A stretch of DNA of 32,000 nt from Promethearchaeia archaeon. Lineage in GTDB: Archaea > Asgardarchaeota > Lokiarchaeia > Sigyniarchaeales > SOKP01. The stretch spans positions 8,937-40,936 of the forward strand of contig JAWOFX010000050.1 of the NCBI GenBank assembly GCA_046497275.1, written 5' to 3'. Each line of letters begins with the position of its first letter. Position 1 is the stretch's first letter. The notes below the pieces were generated by a model. The model was not told where the DNA came from and made no database searches. It saw nothing but the letters and a program-made list of their open reading frames with translations. A program made the translations under genes and the position numbers. Below, in pieces: positions 28,648 through 32,000 of the stretch.

Positions 28648-29445
28648 CTATACTCCCTTATCGTTTTTACTGTCTTTTTGACGAAGATATTTACTGAAAA
28701 TTTTCATGTATAAATCCTCCTCAACTGGCATTTCAGTAGTCATTTTAGGATTTTCAGTAAATTCTACATTTGCTCCTCTAATAATTACCACAGGAGTTTG
28801 TTCATCCGCCTCTCCTAGTAAAAATTGAGCCGCACTAACGAGATCATCGGCCACAGCTCTTAAAGTTATTTCTAAAGGACGACCGAATAAATCCTCTTTT
28901 CCAATACAATCCTCCACAGGTTCAAATCCCGCTGTTGCGAGAGCTATTCCAATCGTACCTTTCCTAAGAGGTTGAACTCGTGAATCAGCTATGATTATTC
29001 CTAAATTTTCAAGATTAAAGTGTCCCTTTAATTGTTTATAAAATTCCCAAACAATTTCTTCTCTATTTATGGGAAAGAGGATAACATTATTTTTCCCCGC
29101 ATTAGATTGATCAATACCAGCATTAGCAATGAGAATGTCATTTACTTGCGTTAATATAACATGTTTCATACCACCTAAGATCATATCGGACTCTTTTAGT
29201 ATAAGTTCAACTATTCTCTCGTCCATCTCATATTTAGTGGATAATTTCTTGGCTTTTTTTGAAATTTCTGTCACATCTGATAAATTAACCACTCTCCCTT
29301 GAGCTGTAGCAATAACCTTTTCCGAAATAACTATTATATCGCCATCCTCAATGATTTTTTCTGAATCTTGCAGTTCCTCTATTATAATTTTAAGTAAAGA
29401 ATCTCCCTTTTTGATGATTGGCAATTTCAAGGAAAAAAGATGCAT
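28648..29445 (-). CDS. CofE-family (COG1478) gamma-glutamyl ligase; F420-0:glutamate ligase or FolC2-like
   Basis: DGDIIVISEK..A.AQGR, ANAGID.SN, GIIIADS, DLFGR.L..T..AVAD.L.SAA....GEADE.TPVVIIRG. Confidence 0.88.
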   Translation of the reverse strand: MHLFSLKLPIIKKGDSLLKIIIEELQDSEKIIEDGDIIVISEKVIATAQGRVVNLSDVTEISKKAKKLSTKYEMDERIVELILKESDMILGGMKHVILTQVNDILIANAGIDQSNAGKNNVILFPINREEIVWEFYKQLKGHFNLENLGIIIADSRVQPLRKGTIGIALATAGFEPVEDCIGKEDLFGRPLEITLRAVADDLVSAAQFLLGEADEQTPVVIIRGANVEFTENPKMTTEMPVEEDLYMKIFSKYLRQKDSKNDKGV

Positions 29446-29498
29446 AATGAAAAAGAATTAATTTTATTTGAAATAGTTTTTTTTCCTTCAATAAGCAA
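29446..29498. promoter_or_regulatory. 53-bp AT-rich divergent intergenic region shared by the cofE-like gene and folP
   Basis: Head-to-head ATGs at 29445 and 29499 leave room only for overlapping promoters. No specific TATA box was assigned. Confidence 0.5.
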
Positions 29499-30362
29499 AT
29501 GAGTAAAATTGAATCTAATTTATTTGATTTTTTTAAAATTGGAGATGATTATCCCACCGTCCTTATGGGGGTAATAAATTTAAGTCCCGAATCTTTTTAT
29601 AAATCCTCAGTCTTTGAAACCTTTGAAGAGGTCAGAGAAGCCGCCTTGAAGATGATAAGTTCTGGTGCTAATATTATTGATATTGGAGCACGATCTACCG
29701 CTCCAAAATCTCCAGATATCACTGTAGAAGAAGAGAAGAGTCGTATTAATTTTGTATTAGAAAAATTATTTCAAATCATTCCAGATAATTTAATCCTTTC
29801 TATTGATACCCAATATACTGAAGTGGCAAAAATAGCATATAAAATTGCTAGTAAGTTTAACAAAAAGATGATAATTAATGATGTAAGTGGTCTCAACACA
29901 GACCCAAATATGATGGATTTTATCACAGAAAAAAATATTCCAATCATTTTAATGGCATCCAAAAATCAGCCAGGAGATTTATGTACTATGGAAGAAATAA
30001 TAGAATTTTTTAAAAACACTATTACTCACTTAAAAAATATAGGATATAACCAAAATAATATTATCTTAGATCCCGGAATAGGACACTGGGTTGAAGATAA
30101 AATTTATGAATGTGATTTGAAACTCATTTCAAATCTCCATAAGCTAAGAGAATTGCAGACACCGATTTTAACTGCTCTCTCTCGAAAATCTTTCATCGGA
30201 GAGGTATTAGATATTCCAGATCCTGAGGATAGACTGATGGGTTCACTTTCCGCTACTGCTATTTCTGTTTATAATGGTGCCCATATTATCCGAACACATG
30301 ATGTAAATAAAAAATTGAAAGATATCATAAAAATGGCAGAAGCACTTAGAAGATACAAATAA
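29499..30362 (+). CDS. folP: Dihydropteroate synthase
   Basis: MGVINLSPESFY, GA.IIDIGA.ST, LSIDT, INDVSG, ILDPGIG, SRKSFIG, GA.IIRTHDV. Confidence 0.9.
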   Translation: MSKIESNLFDFFKIGDDYPTVLMGVINLSPESFYKSSVFETFEEVREAALKMISSGANIIDIGARSTAPKSPDITVEEEKSRINFVLEKLFQIIPDNLILSIDTQYTEVAKIAYKIASKFNKKMIINDVSGLNTDPNMMDFITEKNIPIILMASKNQPGDLCTMEEIIEFFKNTITHLKNIGYNQNNIILDPGIGHWVEDKIYECDLKLISNLHKLRELQTPILTALSRKSFIGEVLDIPDPEDRLMGSLSATAISVYNGAHIIRTHDVNKKLKDIIKMAEALRRYK

Positions 30363-30548
30363 ATATTTTGAAATTTGTTGTATTTTACATTTAGCTGTCC
30401 TCAATTAATTTGTCTATTTTCTCCACATTATTTTTCGCTAACCACTAAAATTTGGAAAAATATCCATAAATATAGCTTGATGAATCTAAAAAATAATCAA
30501 AAAATTAGAAACCAATTTAAATAATAAATAATTTTTAGAAAAAAGCGG

Positions 30549-30553
30549 GGTGA
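30549..30553 (+). promoter_or_regulatory. GGTGA ribosome-binding site 5 nt before ATT 30559
   Basis: Context GGGGTGA-TTTAG-ATT. The 5-nt spacing is identical to that at four canonical starts in the window. Confidence 0.6.
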
Positions 30554-30558
30554 TTTAG

Positions 30559-31488
30559 ATTAAAAAAAGTGGAATAGTTTTAATTATAATTTTTATTGTT
30601 GCTTCTGGAGCATTAGGCTTATACTTGTTATATATCAGCTCATTCAATAACAATTCTTATATCCCTGATATTGAAGGTGATGGAATTATTATTAATCATA
30701 ATCATTCACATCTGGAAGACTTTCTCAATATCCCTTCTGAATATATTGATGCTGCGAAAGAAAATCTCAGTATAGTGTATTGGCATACATCACATGGAAG
30801 TCAAATTACCACAGGTATGAACTCACTAGATACCTTCATGGGAGATGAAGATATTTATAAATTCAATAGTGATGGCTCAGGCGGAGCTCTTCAGTATTTT
30901 GAACCTTCGATTGAATATTCAGAGAGACATCTTACGGGAAATACAGATGGTTTTGGTGATACTACAAGATCCTTTTTAAATTCCAATCCTGAGTATAATG
31001 TAGTCATATGGAGTTGGTGTGGATTGGATAAAAATAATGCTTCTATCAATCAATATCTCACTAATATGAATCAATTGGAATCTGAATATCCAGGCGTATA
31101 TTTTGTTTATATGACAGCGCATTTAGAGGGAACTGGCGAAGAAGGGGCACTCCATTATTATAACGAAATGATTAGAAATTATTGCATCTCACATAATAAA
31201 ACACTCTATGATTTCGGTGACATCGAAAGTTATGACCCTGATGATGAATATTTTCTTGATAGATTTGCTGACGATGAGTGCTATTATGATAGTGATGGAA
31301 ACGGTTCACGAGACGCCAATTGGGGAATTAATTGGCAAAATACTCACAATGGTGTTGATCCCTATTCTGATGGGGGAGAATGGTATTCTTGCTCTCCAGC
31401 TCATACTCAAGCAATTAATGGCAATATGAAAGCATATGCCGCTTGGTATCTATTTGCTCGATTAGCGGGTTGGCAACAAGAGATATAA
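30559..31488 (+). CDS. Membrane-anchored/secreted acidic protein, possible SGNH-hydrolase-like fold
   Basis: The frame is open 22 codons upstream of TTG 30625 and encodes IKKSGIVLIIIFIVASGALGLYLL (signal/anchor). Body motifs: YWHTSHGSQ, VVIWSWCG, FVYMT, N..IR.YC.....LYDF.DIE, AH...N. Confidence 0.7.
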   Translation: MKKSGIVLIIIFIVASGALGLYLLYISSFNNNSYIPDIEGDGIIINHNHSHLEDFLNIPSEYIDAAKENLSIVYWHTSHGSQITTGMNSLDTFMGDEDIYKFNSDGSGGALQYFEPSIEYSERHLTGNTDGFGDTTRSFLNSNPEYNVVIWSWCGLDKNNASINQYLTNMNQLESEYPGVYFVYMTAHLEGTGEEGALHYYNEMIRNYCISHNKTLYDFGDIESYDPDDEYFLDRFADDECYYDSDGNGSRDANWGINWQNTHNGVDPYSDGGEWYSCSPAHTQAINGNMKAYAAWYLFARLAGWQQEI

Positions 31489-31490
31489 TG

Positions 31491-31838
31491 CTAATTTTTT
31501 CTTACACGAATTTGTGTGGGCTCAACAATTACAATTTTATTTTTAGAGTTTTCCAAGTTGAAATTATTTAAAAAATCCAAAAAAAGATTTTCTACAGCAT
31601 TTTTTCCTTGTTTTCGTGTTCTAAGAACGATAATACCCTTATTAGGTAGATTAGTATTTATAAAATCAGTGTCCAATGTTATAAGTATTCTTTCTTCCTT
31701 CAAACAGAATTCAATTAATTTCTTATCGATAATCCCTTTCATTCCTTCATGATAAACTGAATCGACTTAGAAATTTCCCTCCTTTTCAATTAACCTTTTT
31801 AGGAGAAAAAGTAAATTTTCATCGATTTTAAACTTCAC
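31491..31838 (-). pseudogene. DUF5615 PIN-like (VapC45-type) toxin interrupted by an in-frame TAA
   Basis: From GTG 31838: VKFKIDENL...EGNF*VDSVYHEGMKGIIDKKL..FC..EERILITLDTDF. The stop is at 31767-31769. The track reports only the downstream 83-aa remnant. Confidence 0.85.
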
Positions 31839-32000
31839 TCTCTTGCTCCTTTCGGGGTCTAATTGCTATTATATCTTCTCTGGCTAATTTTGCGCCATAC
31901 TGAAGCGCAGCATATATATGTTTTTCTTCTAATGATGGATATTCTTTTAGTAAATCATCAATTGTTAGCTTTTCGGCGAGAGAATCTAAAATTACTGAAA
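31828..32000 (-). CDS. DUF433 antitoxin (VapB45-type), 5'-partial
   Basis: Manual translation: SVILDSLAEKLTIDDLLKEYPSLEEKHIYAALQYGAKLAREDIIAIRPRKEQESEV*. It overlaps the toxin start by 11 nt. Confidence 0.88.
   Translation of the reverse strand, partial: SVILDSLAEKLTIDDLLKEYPSLEEKHIYAALQYGAKLAREDIIAIRPRKEQESEV

Noticed and set aside
1456-31752. About 30 short (60-125 aa) ORFs in the track that lie antisense to or frame-shifted within longer genes (e.g. 1456-1731, 5992-6246, 9570-9827, 19161-19535, 23810-24061, 31516-31752)
   Set aside because: They are shadow ORFs overlapping well-supported genes, with no recognisable motifs or RBS.
1-32000. tRNA, rRNA, CRISPR array, IS element or prophage
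   Set aside because: No GC-rich structured segments, regularly spaced repeats, transposase or integrase genes or terminal inverted repeats were seen. Intergenic gaps are short and AT-rich. A covariance-model search would be needed to exclude small ncRNAs.

Overview
AT-rich, gene-dense archaeal chromosomal window, most likely from an Asgard archaeon (Lokiarchaeia/Promethearchaeota-like). The taxonomy is inferred from archaeal-type AsnRS, GatAB, CofE and DUF123, a solo roadblock/LC7 protein, GGTGA ribosome-binding sites and expanded fatty-acid oxidation paralogues. Left to right it contains: a partial beta-class adenine methyltransferase; an MgtC/DUF4010 membrane protein; DUF72; an orphan protein with a possible PC4-like fold; an acyl-CoA oxidation cluster (MenB/BadI-like crotonase, two 3-hydroxyacyl-CoA dehydrogenases, acyl-CoA dehydrogenase, SDR); CorA and two tandem MscS genes; a six-gene putative catabolic locus (KDG kinase, DUF849/BKACE, two SDRs, atypical M24 hydrolase, Gfo/Idh/MocA); PiT plus DUF47; a GNAT; a roadblock protein; an ICMT-like methyltransferase; asnS-gatA-gatB without gatC; a divergent CofE-like/folP pair; a secreted SGNH-like protein; and a DUF433/DUF5615 toxin-antitoxin pair whose toxin has an in-frame stop. 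No rRNA, tRNA, CRISPR array or transposase was recognised. Best leads: two apparent ATT-initiated genes, the KdgK-BKACE locus, a CofE-like probable FolC replacement next to folP, AsnRS co-located with GatAB, and the PC4-like orphan. All family assignments come from motif recognition by eye and memory, not from database searches.
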